This document shows positions 38,274-48,453 of a DNA stretch of 64,000 nt, piece by piece. Source of the stretch: a virus. The notes under the pieces are model-generated. The model saw only the letters and a program-made list of their open reading frames with translations, was not told the DNA's origin and searched no databases. A program made the translations under genes and the position numbers. Location: the IMG/VR virus record IMGVR_UViG_3300031695_000001; one strand, given 5' to 3'. Within the stretch, counting starts at the first letter, position 1. Every line of letters starts with the position of its first letter.

Positions 38274-38903
38274 CTAACCAATACCGCCACCGCCTGTAAC
38301 TAGACTATTAATAGTTCTACCTACTGCTGTTCCAATACCGCCACCTTGTGACTGTATTGCGTTATCGTAACGTATACTTAATGAAACTGTAACTGGCTCG
38401 TTAGCACTATATGCTAATGAGTTGTAGTTTGCATTTTGTATAAAGCAACCGTATAATTCAAAAGTGTCTAGTACGTTAGGAGTGTTTGCTCCGTTGCCGC
38501 CATCTAGTATTTCGATTCTAGTTACGAATTTGTAATCAATGCCACTTGCCGCACCTGATTGCTCAAAGAAGTCAAACTGCTTTTGTAGCTGTTCGCCAAC
38601 AAGTTTTTGTACATTGTTGTTTACGTCTTCGCGCAAGTTAAGTGTAATCGGATCCCATGCATGCTTACCTGCTAGGTATGCTCTACTGTTGTAAACTGGG
38701 ATTTCAATTTCCTCAAAGTTTACTACCGGACGTGTCACGTCAATTACTTGCTTTGTTAGTTCTGTTGTCGGTGTTGATACACCAAAGTTCTCAAGTGATA
38801 CCCTGAAACGATACTGTAACTTCGGCATCAACAAACCTTGTGTTGATGATGAAGTGTCACTCGCTAGTGGTACTGTAATTTTTGAGAGTGTTGAAATAGC
38901 CAT
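38274..38903 (-). CDS. gp19: Tail tube protein (gp19-like)
   Basis: PKLQYRFRV, YLAGKHAWDPITL, FELYGCF, SIRYDNA; follows sheath; start revised to 38903. Confidence 0.85.
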   Translation of the reverse strand: MAISTLSKITVPLASDTSSSTQGLLMPKLQYRFRVSLENFGVSTPTTELTKQVIDVTRPVVNFEEIEIPVYNSRAYLAGKHAWDPITLNLREDVNNNVQKLVGEQLQKQFDFFEQSGAASGIDYKFVTRIEILDGGNGANTPNVLDTFELYGCFIQNANYNSLAYSANEPVTVSLSIRYDNAIQSQGGGIGTAVGRTINSLVTGGGGIG

Positions 38904-38936
38904 ATTATAACTCCTGTTGCTAGTATTTATCATTTA

Positions 38937-38960
38937 ATGGAGGCTATTTCTAGCCCCCAT
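38937..38960 (-). terminator. Stem-loop (GAAA loop) between sheath and tube genes
   Basis: ATGGGGGCTA-GAAA-TAGCCTCCAT. Confidence 0.6.
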
Positions 38961-38971
38961 TTTATTAGATG

Positions 38972-41900
38972 TTAAAGACCTGCAATTTCCCCTGTATTCT
39001 TAAGTCTAAGTGGAATAAAGATAAACTCCACAGCCTTAACTGGTTCAATTGCTATATCTAAGTATAGTTCGTTCTTGTCTATTCTGCTTGCTGTGTTGTT
39101 TGACTCATCACATACAACTAGATAGTCATATAACGCTCTTGATCCAACAAGTTCTAAGCACAAGCTCTCTGCGGCTTGTTTAATCTCATCTCTTGTTATC
39201 TTATCATTTGGTTCAAAGATATAAGGCTTAGCAAGTTTGTTAAGTTGACTTCTCATATAGATAACAAGTCTAGCAACGTTAATTCTATCTAATGAACTTG
39301 CATTTCTTGCACGAGTCTTCTGTCCAAATGCAACTAATCCAGCACCTGTAATAAACGTAATTGGGTTAACTTTAACACCATATAATGTGTCGCGTTGTCC
39401 TTCGTTTAGTGCTATTGAATTAAATTCGCCTTCTGAATCAATATAACCTGTTGCTGTTGCGTTAGTAATGCCGCCACGTCTTGTACCTGCTGGTGCAAAC
39501 CATGGATAGCTAACTTGGTCACTTAGTGCAAGAGTTCTTAGCATCATGTGACTTGGTGGAACAACAATGTTGTTACCAGCATTATCACTGCTAAAGCCCC
39601 ATGGATAATAAATGCCTAAGTATTCATCACTAGTTACAAGACCTTCTGCATTATCTTCAACTGCAAGGTTTACGTTAGTACCCCATTCGTTGACTGAAGT
39701 TGCATCTGGTGTTAGTTTTGGTGGACTATCTCCAAGTACAAACGCTGTAATTCCTCTATCGTAGTTTAATGTAACCATTTCACCAATTAGCTCTGGATAA
39801 CCTGGAGTAGCCATTACGTTAAAGATTCTTGATTCATCATCTCTAATTGCATCGTTACTGTTAAGCATTGCTTGTAGACTTTGGATAACAACTTTACGCT
39901 GTGCCGCTTGCCCGAAGCTTCCTTTGCCGTCTGCTTGGTTAGCTGATTCAGTAACCCAACGGTGTGTATAATAGCTTGTCATTGCTTCACTGCTATTAAA
40001 ACGTTTATTAAGTGCATTTGTATCAACACTGTTGCGTACAAACTTCTTAACGTTAAAGCCACTTCTACGTAAGTTAACTAACAACATACCTTTTGGATAT
40101 AGTGCTGGATCTGGAGCGTCTGCATCTAAGAAGTTATTTGTTAACAACTCAATGATAGTTCCAGCTACATTACTAGTAGCGCCTGTTAATCCCCAACGTG
40201 CATCTGCAAATAGTACACCGTCTTCAGTAGTTTGATCGGCTGCATCTAGTAATACCCACTTTGTAGTAGCACTACTATATTTGTAAATTGTTGGATAATT
40301 ATCTAAGTCTGCTGTTGAAACCCAAATGTCACCATTCTTAAGAGCTGTACCATCTGATTGGCCAGTAGCCGCTAGTGGTTCAGTTGCACTTACAATAGGT
40401 CCTGCTGGACTTGTTTGCTGTGCAGTACTTGCATCGTAAAACGGACTAGTTGCGTCTAAATAACCAACCCAAGTAGTACCATTGTGTACCATGATATCAA
40501 CTTCGTCAGTAATTGAACTATACCATAGTGTACCGTTTGCTGCCAACGCTGTTGGAGCTGTGGTGCTTGCAGTATATGTTAGTACTTGCCAATTTGAAGC
40601 AACAAACTCGTTTGCTGTATCGCCTGCTGGTGCAGTATACAAGTTAGTAGTTCCGCTGTTTGCATTTACATAAGCACTAAAGCCCATTTCTGCAAATGCC
40701 GCTCCGCTATGGTCTTTGAAACGAATTTCGCCGCCCTTGGAGTGGCTAATAACAACTCTATTTTGTGCGTCAACTGTAGCACTAACGTTAGTTAATCCTA
40801 CTGCGTTAATTGCGTTTGCAACTACTTCTGCGTCTGTTGCCGCACCAGTTGTTGTTCCACTTACTGCTGTTACGCTTTGTAACGCCGCATTGCCGACTAT
40901 TGTCTCTTGTATATTAATTGTAAAACTTGCTGACGACATTCCAGTGCTAATTATGCCACTAGTAATAGTTGTCGGACCAGTTGTTGATCTTTTGTAAATT
41001 TTAAAATCACCAGCTGTAACTGTTGCTTCAGCATCGTTTGCTTTAACATAAGTTTGTGTTAATGATAATCCAGAACCGCCTAGTGTCTTATCTAAGTTGA
41101 AAATTGCTTCATGGTTAGTTGCATAGATCGGAGCCGCGCTAGTATCCCATAGCTTAGTTCCGGCATTCCATACTTTAACTTTCCAGTTAGCACCTTTGTT
41201 AGGTTGTGTAGTTTTAATCCAAAGGCTTCCTGTTGGACGTGATGTAGTATCAGCTGTCTTGTACTCTGGTACGCTTGTATGAGGAGCAATAGTTAATGCC
41301 GGAGCATAATATGTTCCTGCGGCAAAACCAGCTGATGCCATAGCACCAGTTCCTGCGGCAAGTACAACGTTTGCACCTGTAGAGAAAATATGCACAACAC
41401 TATCAATAGATGCCGCTGTAACGCCACTAATTGAAGCTGTATTAATATCGCCTACTAACGAAGCACCAGTAGTGCCACTAGCAGTAACAGTAGTTGAGTT
41501 AATAATTATTGTTTGACCTACAACGATTGTTGGGTTAGCAGTACCCGCTACAGTAGCGTGACTTGCTTTCCATGCTGTGGATCCAGTCTGTACCCAAGTA
41601 CCTAAGTAGTTCTTGTAGTAAAGTTTGTTAAGTGTAGTTGTTGCAACAATAGCATAATCGCCAATTGCGCCAACTGAACCTTTTGGAGCTCCGCCTGTAA
41701 CTTTAGTAGCATCAGTAATAACTGTTGGTACTTTGTTAGTAAAGCTCTGTCCACCTGTTACAGAAGCAGCCGCTGAGTTCCATGCAAAAATACCAAATAT
41801 TGACATTGCTGTATCGAACCAGTATGTTCCTGCCGCAGGATATGCAGTAGGAGCAGTTGATGATGCTGCCAGTGCATCTAAGTCAATAGCCGCTCTAGTT

Positions 41901-42226
41901 ACATATGCTCTGTTACTTACACCTAATACACTGTAAGCCGCTTGCAAACCGTATTCGTTGATTTCGCCGCCGTGTATTGGATTGTTGTTAGTGTCTGTCT
42001 TGAAACTTGGTTCACCAAATGTTTCTACCAAATCACGCTGTGATGTGATCAAGTAAGGTTTACCTGCGTTAGCAAGCAATGTACCTGGTGCGGTACCTGT
42101 TCCTGCGCCGTTCTTTTTATCTTGGGCGGAGGCTATAAAAATCATTGGTACAGTGCCGGGTTCTGCAGGTGTATAGAACGATTCGTCTATTACCTTAACC
42201 TCAACACCTGGGGATGATAACGCCAT
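38972..42226 (-). CDS. gp18: Tail sheath protein (gp18-like, 1084 aa)
   Basis: LSSPGVEV..IDES N terminus; PWFAPAG..RG, VNPI, GQKT, DRINVARL, FEPND, CDESNN, EFIFI C terminus. Confidence 0.96.
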   Translation of the reverse strand: MALSSPGVEVKVIDESFYTPAEPGTVPMIFIASAQDKKNGAGTGTAPGTLLANAGKPYLITSQRDLVETFGEPSFKTDTNNNPIHGGEINEYGLQAAYSVLGVSNRAYVTRAAIDLDALAASSTAPTAYPAAGTYWFDTAMSIFGIFAWNSAAASVTGGQSFTNKVPTVITDATKVTGGAPKGSVGAIGDYAIVATTTLNKLYYKNYLGTWVQTGSTAWKASHATVAGTANPTIVVGQTIIINSTTVTASGTTGASLVGDINTASISGVTAASIDSVVHIFSTGANVVLAAGTGAMASAGFAAGTYYAPALTIAPHTSVPEYKTADTTSRPTGSLWIKTTQPNKGANWKVKVWNAGTKLWDTSAAPIYATNHEAIFNLDKTLGGSGLSLTQTYVKANDAEATVTAGDFKIYKRSTTGPTTITSGIISTGMSSASFTINIQETIVGNAALQSVTAVSGTTTGAATDAEVVANAINAVGLTNVSATVDAQNRVVISHSKGGEIRFKDHSGAAFAEMGFSAYVNANSGTTNLYTAPAGDTANEFVASNWQVLTYTASTTAPTALAANGTLWYSSITDEVDIMVHNGTTWVGYLDATSPFYDASTAQQTSPAGPIVSATEPLAATGQSDGTALKNGDIWVSTADLDNYPTIYKYSSATTKWVLLDAADQTTEDGVLFADARWGLTGATSNVAGTIIELLTNNFLDADAPDPALYPKGMLLVNLRRSGFNVKKFVRNSVDTNALNKRFNSSEAMTSYYTHRWVTESANQADGKGSFGQAAQRKVVIQSLQAMLNSNDAIRDDESRIFNVMATPGYPELIGEMVTLNYDRGITAFVLGDSPPKLTPDATSVNEWGTNVNLAVEDNAEGLVTSDEYLGIYYPWGFSSDNAGNNIVVPPSHMMLRTLALSDQVSYPWFAPAGTRRGGITNATATGYIDSEGEFNSIALNEGQRDTLYGVKVNPITFITGAGLVAFGQKTRARNASSLDRINVARLVIYMRSQLNKLAKPYIFEPNDKITRDEIKQAAESLCLELVGSRALYDYLVVCDESNNTASRIDKNELYLDIAIEPVKAVEFIFIPLRLKNTGEIAGL

Positions 42227-42257
42227 TTCTGTTTCTCCTAATAAGTGTGTTCACTAT

Positions 42258-42265
42258 TATTTATA
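42258..42265 (-). promoter_or_regulatory. T4-type late promoter of tail sheath gene
   Basis: Exact TATAAATA, followed by a leader with AGGAG. Confidence 0.75.
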
Positions 42266-42332
42266 TGAATTTAGTAATAACACCATAAGATACACCGAAT
42301 AAAAGGGGCACAAAAGGTGAGGTAAATACAAT

Positions 42333-42668
42333 ATGAGACCATTATGCATTTGTAGACAAAGACCTGCCGCTATAAATTACAAAAAAGGCAACAAAACGTA
42401 CTATCGTAAACATTGCGAAGTATGCTTACGCAACGGACCGCACCACGGAATTCCTAAATGGAAGCAAGCTGGATACACTAAAAAGACTCATTGTGAGAAG
42501 TGTAATTATACAAGCGCCCATACAGAACAATTTAATGTATTCCATATAGACGGAGATTTAAACAATTCGTCACATACTAATTTAAAAACAGTATGTGCGA
42601 ACTGTCAGAGAATTATACAGAAAGTTGGGAAGAAGTGGAAGCAAGGTGACTTGCTACCAGATTTTTAA
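42333..42668 (+). CDS. HNH-like Zn-binding protein
   Basis: CxxC pairs; HIDGD..N...NL...CANC. Confidence 0.75.
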   Translation: MRPLCICRQRPAAINYKKGNKTYYRKHCEVCLRNGPHHGIPKWKQAGYTKKTHCEKCNYTSAHTEQFNVFHIDGDLNNSSHTNLKTVCANCQRIIQKVGKKWKQGDLLPDF

Positions 42669-43224
42669 GATAGTCCATAGTTTTGTCATTATCTATTATT
42701 GCGCTGTGGTCAATACTGCACCACATGTATTCTGACTGATGTACTTCTTTTGGTTCTACTCCTATGTCTTCATACATGCGCAACCATACTGGATCATCAC
42801 CTCGGCGTACTCTCCAAACATTTCCACCAAGTGCATTTATCATTTTACCTTCGTTAGGAAAACGTACATCTGGAATAACATAATTTTGTGTTGGATTTTG
42901 CATAATTTCTTGCTTTACCATGCTAACCCAAATACCATCAAAGAAACCTTTACGCATACAGTCAGTACCAAACTCTTGTAACACAAGCCTAGGCGTTATT
43001 TCTCTGCCAGTTTCTTTAGACCAAAAGTCATCTCGCTTTTCGCGCCAGTTTCTGCTTTCATCTGTTATACCCTCAAGTAACGCTCTATCCCAATCAAACA
43101 TTTCTGCAACTGCATCTTTAAGTTTGTCTGCAAATGATAGTTTTTTAAAGTTGTATTGCTCTACCAGTATATCACCAACAGTACCTTTACCGCCGCCAAT
43201 TAACCCACATATTCCGATAATCAT
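42613..43224 (-). CDS. gp1: Deoxynucleoside monophosphate kinase (T4 gp1-like)
   Basis: IIGICGLIGGGKGT, SFADKLKD, TPRLVLQEFGT, DVRFPNE, H.SE motifs. Confidence 0.92.
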   Translation of the reverse strand: MIIGICGLIGGGKGTVGDILVEQYNFKKLSFADKLKDAVAEMFDWDRALLEGITDESRNWREKRDDFWSKETGREITPRLVLQEFGTDCMRKGFFDGIWVSMVKQEIMQNPTQNYVIPDVRFPNEGKMINALGGNVWRVRRGDDPVWLRMYEDIGVEPKEVHQSEYMWCSIDHSAIIDNDKTMDYLKNLVASHLASTSSQLSV

Positions 43225-43232
43225 TTTTTTTC

Positions 43233-43889
43233 CTATAAAGTTATTTGTTCTGAACCATATCCAATATTACCTTTAGCAAAACAGTTAAATGCAATGCCAT
43301 ATCTATCTTTTTTACTATCTAAGCGATCTACTTTATGCTGTAAGTGTGACGGAAATAATAGTATGTCTCCTGTTACAGGATTTGTTGTAAATTGTTTTAT
43401 ATTGTACTGGTTGTAGTTTTTCTTTTTATATGTTAATGGTACACTATTATGAAACAAGTTAGGATACATATATGCTTTTTCAAAAGTTATTGGAGCAGTT
43501 GTAGAATCTGCATCAATATAATATACTCCGCTAATCATTGATCCTGCGTGTCCGTGACTTACAATATCTGCACTGCCTGCTCCTGCATCAATTTTATTAA
43601 TCCAACTTGCTTGTATTTCAAAATTAATATGATCTTCAATGTCTAGTACTTCGTGAGCAAAATAATCAATAGATTGTTGTATTAATGCTTTAAGTTTTCT
43701 AAGTTTTTTATTGTGTAGTATATGCATGCCTTGTTTATGTTGAGGCAAATGATCGTCTGTTCCGTCGTGGCCTACTGCTTGTATAGGATATTGTAAGTTT
43801 TTAACCCAGGCCATAGTAATAACATCAAGAGGACCAATATTACTTTTAAATAACGGCACAGAAAATAAAGGTATTACTTCATGATTCAT
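43233..43889 (-). CDS. Putative 2OG-Fe(II) oxygenase (TIGR02466-like)
   Basis: SWIN, HGH..S.ISGVYY, LLFPSHLQH.V, R..IAFN motifs. Confidence 0.85.
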   Translation of the reverse strand: MNHEVIPLFSVPLFKSNIGPLDVITMAWVKNLQYPIQAVGHDGTDDHLPQHKQGMHILHNKKLRKLKALIQQSIDYFAHEVLDIEDHINFEIQASWINKIDAGAGSADIVSHGHAGSMISGVYYIDADSTTAPITFEKAYMYPNLFHNSVPLTYKKKNYNQYNIKQFTTNPVTGDILLFPSHLQHKVDRLDSKKDRYGIAFNCFAKGNIGYGSEQITL

Positions 43890-44509
43890 AGATCTAGCCT
43901 AGAAGTTCCGCCGCCTAGTGTACCTCTAGCAAATAAATTAAATGCTAAACTGAATCGCTCACTGTGTGTTATATTTTGTGTTACCATATGCTCAACATGT
44001 GACGGAAAGATAATAAGATCGCCTGCTATTGGATTCAATGCAAATGTTTCTAAATTATATTGATTTGCAATTTCTGTTTTGTAATCAACATTTACAACAT
44101 CAGGAAATAAATTATGATACCCGTGTGCTTTCTTAAAGTATATTTCACCAGCATCTTTTTCATTTTGAATATAGTACACTCCACTTAACATTGCATTTGA
44201 ATGCCAGTGCATTGAATTATGTTCGCCAGGTTTATGTCTATTGATCCAACTGTTTTCTAAAATAAAGTCGAGATCATCGTGTATGCCTAATTCAGTATGT
44301 ACAAAAAAGTCACTGACTTCTTTTATCTTTGATTTAAGTTTTTTAAGTTTAGGCTCATTTAATATATACTTGTTAGCAGTATGATCATGATCAGTAGCTT
44401 CTTCAGGGAAGTGTTGATTTTTAATCCAAGCCATTGTAATGATATCAGGCTTGCCTATGTTTGTTTTGAATAGTGGAACAGACCACATTGGAGTTGTTAT
44501 ATATTGCAT
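43886..44509 (-). CDS. Putative 2OG-Fe(II) oxygenase (TIGR02466-like), tandem paralogue
   Basis: SWIN, HWHSNAMLSGVYY, IFPSHVEH.V, RFSLAFN motifs. Confidence 0.85.
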   Translation of the reverse strand: MQYITTPMWSVPLFKTNIGKPDIITMAWIKNQHFPEEATDHDHTANKYILNEPKLKKLKSKIKEVSDFFVHTELGIHDDLDFILENSWINRHKPGEHNSMHWHSNAMLSGVYYIQNEKDAGEIYFKKAHGYHNLFPDVVNVDYKTEIANQYNLETFALNPIAGDLIIFPSHVEHMVTQNITHSERFSLAFNLFARGTLGGGTSRLDL

Positions 44510-44515
44510 TGTTAC

Positions 44516-44544
44516 ATTATATAACGATTCTTCTCCAATGTCAA
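44516..44544 (-). promoter_or_regulatory. sigma70-type promoter (predicted leaderless)
   Basis: TTGACA-N17-TATAAT, 6 nt before ATG at 44509. Confidence 0.85.
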
Positions 44545-44557
44545 GTCTTTTTTTGAA

Positions 44558-45316
44558 TTAGCCTATAGTAAATCCGTAACCAGTACCGCCTGCCATTGCC
44601 ATTGATACTTCGTTCTCTAGTTTTTCCATTTCAGCTTGTGCTTCTGCTTTAAGAGTATCACCGTTAAGTTGTGACCCGCCTTGTGGTCCTGCAATCGTAG
44701 CAAACTTTGATCGAGCTTCACCTAACATGAATTTACATGTAGCAAGTGTATAACTTTTAATCCAATCAATTGCCATATAGTCCGAAAACAAAGATTCGTC
44801 CGGACGATAGTTGTAGCAGTACAACATTAATGTTTCTTCTGCTCTTGGACGTTGTAACATTGTTAGTTGCTTTGAAACACTGTTCCAATTGAACTCAATA
44901 AACGAACCAAACATTCTTCCTACTAGTTCTTGGTACTGACTAAACATATCGTATGTTGCTAGTCCTCCCATATTAGAACCAGAAAGCAAGTATGTATTTG
45001 TGTATGCTAAGTTAAACGGTTCAAATATACTGCCGCCATCTCCACCGCCACTTCTTGATCCTACACTTCTGCGGAATATTGTTCTTACTTCCATTACTTC
45101 GTTTGGAAGTGTGTATGTATTTTGATCTACGATAGTCGGCATAAACAAGTACGATTCTTCTGCAGAATGGTCACTTCTTTGACGATACCGAGTAAGTGCT
45201 TTTGTTAGTGCAGTTTCATAATGTACAGGGTCAAGTTCGACATCTACCATTCCGCCACCTAACATAGCATATACATAGTCAAAAATTTCTTGTTTCTTTG
45301 TAGTTGTGTTTGCCAT
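44558..45316 (-). CDS. gp13: Neck protein (gp13-like head-tail adaptor)
   Basis: LGGGMVDVEL, WIKSY.LA..K..LG..RSKF, PQGG.QLNG motifs. Confidence 0.85.
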   Translation of the reverse strand: MANTTTKKQEIFDYVYAMLGGGMVDVELDPVHYETALTKALTRYRQRSDHSAEESYLFMPTIVDQNTYTLPNEVMEVRTIFRRSVGSRSGGGDGGSIFEPFNLAYTNTYLLSGSNMGGLATYDMFSQYQELVGRMFGSFIEFNWNSVSKQLTMLQRPRAEETLMLYCYNYRPDESLFSDYMAIDWIKSYTLATCKFMLGEARSKFATIAGPQGGSQLNGDTLKAEAQAEMEKLENEVSMAMAGGTGYGFTIG

Positions 45317-45336
45317 ATTTTAAATCTCTCCATTAG

Positions 45337-45357
45337 TATTTATCGTTACGATAAATA
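45337..45357. promoter_or_regulatory. Palindromic back-to-back late promoters
   Basis: TATTTATCGT-T-ACGATAAATA gives ATAAATA on each strand between the divergent neck genes. Confidence 0.75.
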
Positions 45358-45380
45358 TGTATAATAATAGGAGAACCAAT

Positions 45381-46541
45381 TTGCCCAGATTGTCGTTATA
45401 CAAACCGGAAAAGGGCAAGGATTATACGTTTTTAGACAAACAGATCCTTGAAATGTTTACAATAGGCGGAACTGATGTATTTGTTCACAAGTATCTTGGT
45501 CCTAGCAATCCGTCAGCAACTGAAGCAACTGCTGATCAACCTACGTATGCAGGCGGAGTATCAGCCTCTAATATTCAAGATATGTTGTTTTTAGAAAATA
45601 GAGATAGAAAATACGATACTTCTATATACGAAATGCGCGGCATTTATAATATACAAGATATAGATTTTGATCTAAGTGCATTTGGTATGTTCTTGCAAAA
45701 TGACACAGTGTTTATGACAGTACATATTAATAGCAGTGTAAAGACACTTGGCAGAAAGCCAATGAACGGTGATGTAATCGAGTTGCCGCATTTAAAAGAT
45801 GAATATGCACTTGATAATAATACTATGGCACTTAAACGATTTTATGTTATAGATGATATTAACAGAGCCGCAGAAGGATTTAGCCCTACTTGGTATCCGC
45901 ACTTATATAGATTAAAATTAAAATCGTTAGTAGACAGTCAAGAATTCAAAGAGGTATTAAATTTACCTGCAGAAGAAGGTTCTGATACTACACTACGAGA
46001 TTTACTTTCAACATACGAAACAGAAATGCAAATTAACAATGCAGTAGTTGCTCAAGCAGAATCAGATGCCGCAAAGAGCGGATTTGATATTAGTCATTAT
46101 TATACGTTAGCTACTAACGCAGACGGAAGTGTTGCATTGCAAACAGCCGATGAAACAGATTTAGATGCAAGTAACATTAGCCTAAGCGCAGATGAAATTG
46201 CTGATAGACCAAACAGAGCCGGTTATCAAGGATACTTGCTAGGTACAGGAGCATCACCAAATGGCGCGGCGTTTGGCCAAGGTATTGGATTCCCTGCAAC
46301 TAGGGAAGACGGTGACTACTTTTTAAGGACAGATATGAGCCCAAAACGTTTATTTAAATATGATGGTACTAGGTGGCTTAAAGTACAAGACGATGTTCGT
46401 GTTACACTATCTAATACATCTACTCGTAATACACAAAAAGGTACATTTGTTAATAACACAGCTACTAGTCAGATAGCTGGAGAAACAGTAACAGAGCGTC
46501 AAGGCTTATCGAAAGCACTTAGACCAAAGGCGGATAATTAA
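45381..46541 (+). CDS. Neck protein (gp14-like) with C-terminal extension
   Basis: DMLFLENRDRKY, DLSAFG.FL, P..GDVIELPH; TTG start after AGGAG; position between gp13 and gp15. Confidence 0.7.
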   Translation: MPRLSLYKPEKGKDYTFLDKQILEMFTIGGTDVFVHKYLGPSNPSATEATADQPTYAGGVSASNIQDMLFLENRDRKYDTSIYEMRGIYNIQDIDFDLSAFGMFLQNDTVFMTVHINSSVKTLGRKPMNGDVIELPHLKDEYALDNNTMALKRFYVIDDINRAAEGFSPTWYPHLYRLKLKSLVDSQEFKEVLNLPAEEGSDTTLRDLLSTYETEMQINNAVVAQAESDAAKSGFDISHYYTLATNADGSVALQTADETDLDASNISLSADEIADRPNRAGYQGYLLGTGASPNGAAFGQGIGFPATREDGDYFLRTDMSPKRLFKYDGTRWLKVQDDVRVTLSNTSTRNTQKGTFVNNTATSQIAGETVTERQGLSKALRPKADN

Positions 46542-47983
46542 TGTCTCAACACTTTTATGACGGACAAGTAAGACGATACATTACACAACTAGTAAGGATG
46601 ATGAGCAATTTTGCTTATAAAGACGGTGCAGGTGCAGAAGTAGTTGTTCCTGTCATGTATGGTGACTTAACTAGACAAGTAGCAAGTATTATCAAAGGTA
46701 ACTCAGAAAATAAAATACCTAGTGCTCCTAGAATGGCTGTATATATTACAGCATTAGCAATTGACAGAGATCGCACAAGTGATTCGAGTTATGTGAGCAA
46801 AGTTAATGTTAGAGAAAAAGCATATGACGAATCTGGGAAGGAATATTTAAATTACGAAGGTAAGAATTATACGGTTGAACGACTAATGCCAACACCGTAT
46901 ACACTTACAGTTAATGTGGATATATGGACAACGAATACTGATCAAAAGTTACAGTTACTTGAACAAATTTTAATGTTGTTTAACCCAAGTTTAGAAATAC
47001 AAACAACAGACAACTACATTGACTGGACTAGTTTAACAACTGTTACACTAGATAATGTAAACTTTAGTTCTAGAACAGTTCCAGTTGGTGTTGACGACTC
47101 AATTGATGTTGCTACATTAACCTTTGTAACTCCAATATGGATCTCACCTCCAGTTAAAGTTAAACGACTAGGTGTAATTACAAATATTATTACAAGCATG
47201 TTTGACGAAGCACAAGGAACTGTTGAACTAGGATTAACAGTTCCAGAACTTAATGCGTTTGATGACGCTAGTGTTGCTGGTGCGCTTGATAAGAACGGTG
47301 GCAGAACTGTGCAAACAACTAATAATTCAATAACACAAACAACTAACTATATGGGTTATGATGCATATGTAGACGGTAGTATTGTAAAATTATTAGATAA
47401 AGGAACAATTGGACAAACTAGTTGGAGGAATGTACTAGACTCGCATCCGGGATCATACCAGGCGGGTATTAGTAGAATTTATCTTAATAAACTAGATACT
47501 GATACAGCAATTACAGGCACATTTGCGTTAAATTCAATAGACGATACACAACTAGTTGTGAATTGGGATACTGATTCATTCCCAGCTAACACTGTAATTG
47601 ACAGTAGCAACAGATCATTAGGTGCGTTAACATCTATTGATTATATTATTGACCCAACTAAAACATTCCCAGCTACTAAAGCACAAGGAACTAGAGTACT
47701 ACTACTTGGAGCAATAGGCGATGCATCTAATACTGACGGAGCCGATGCTTGGAAGAACACAAATAATACAGACTTAGTTGCTAGTGAAAACGATATTATC
47801 GAATGGAGCGGAAGTGTATGGAGCATAGTATTTGATGCATCGGCTACAGTTAACGCAACTACAGTAACATATACTACTAACCTAAATACTGGCATACAGT
47901 ACAGATGGAACGGCGAAGATTGGTTACTTAGCGTCGAAGGACAGTATCCACAAGGAACATGGAGAGTTGCACTCAACGGATAA
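46541..47983 (+). CDS. Tail terminator/sheath stabiliser (gp15-like) with extension
   Basis: HFYD.Q.RRY, VPVMYG, PRMAV, MPTPY, QLLEQIL..FNP motifs. Confidence 0.8.
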   Translation: MSQHFYDGQVRRYITQLVRMMSNFAYKDGAGAEVVVPVMYGDLTRQVASIIKGNSENKIPSAPRMAVYITALAIDRDRTSDSSYVSKVNVREKAYDESGKEYLNYEGKNYTVERLMPTPYTLTVNVDIWTTNTDQKLQLLEQILMLFNPSLEIQTTDNYIDWTSLTTVTLDNVNFSSRTVPVGVDDSIDVATLTFVTPIWISPPVKVKRLGVITNIITSMFDEAQGTVELGLTVPELNAFDDASVAGALDKNGGRTVQTTNNSITQTTNYMGYDAYVDGSIVKLLDKGTIGQTSWRNVLDSHPGSYQAGISRIYLNKLDTDTAITGTFALNSIDDTQLVVNWDTDSFPANTVIDSSNRSLGALTSIDYIIDPTKTFPATKAQGTRVLLLGAIGDASNTDGADAWKNTNNTDLVASENDIIEWSGSVWSIVFDASATVNATTVTYTTNLNTGIQYRWNGEDWLLSVEGQYPQGTWRVALNG

Positions 47984-47991
47984 CTATTTTT

Positions 47992-48432
47992 ATGAAAGAA
48001 ATAGTCTGTAGTGGAGCCTTATTTTATAGTTTAACAACAAAAAGATTTCTCTTTTTGCATCGAGCTAGTGGCAAACATAATAAATTATGGGGATTAGTTG
48101 GCGGTACTAACGAAGGGGCAGAAACTCCTTGGGAAGGTCTTCAGCGAGAAATTACTGAAGAAATCGGCGAGCTTCCTCCTATTACTAAAACTATGCCGTT
48201 AGAAACATTTGTATCTACTGATAGTAAGTTTTCCTTTCATACATATCTATGTGTAATTAAGGAGGAATTTATACCTAAACTTAATACAGAACATGACGGC
48301 TATGCTTGGGTAAGTTTTAGTAAATGGCCTAAGCCATTGCACCACGGATTGCGCAACACCCTTCAAAGTAAAATTAGTCTAAACAAGCTAGAAACTGTAT
48401 TTAAAGTTATTGATTTACTTGACAAATCTTAA
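47992..48432 (+). CDS. NUDIX hydrolase
   Basis: WGLVGG...E.P...L.REI.EEIG Nudix box; EHDGYAW. Confidence 0.9.
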   Translation: MKEIVCSGALFYSLTTKRFLFLHRASGKHNKLWGLVGGTNEGAETPWEGLQREITEEIGELPPITKTMPLETFVSTDSKFSFHTYLCVIKEEFIPKLNTEHDGYAWVSFSKWPKPLHHGLRNTLQSKISLNKLETVFKVIDLLDKS

Positions 48433-48447
48433 CTAACCAAGTATAAT
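48419..48447 (+). promoter_or_regulatory. sigma70-type promoter of the heptose operon (predicted leaderless)
   Basis: TTGACA-N17-TATAAT, 6 nt before ATG at 48454. Confidence 0.85.
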
Positions 48448-48453
48448 AACACT

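Noticed and set aside
42266-42321. CACC/GGTG short repeats in the sheath-HNH divergent gap as an origin or ncRNA
   Set aside because: The pairings are only 4-5 bp and irregular; not distinguishable from chance
42333-42668. HNH protein as an intron-encoded or mobile homing endonuclease
   Set aside because: It is free-standing and short, no neighbouring gene is interrupted, and the final His position is Gln; mobility is not supported
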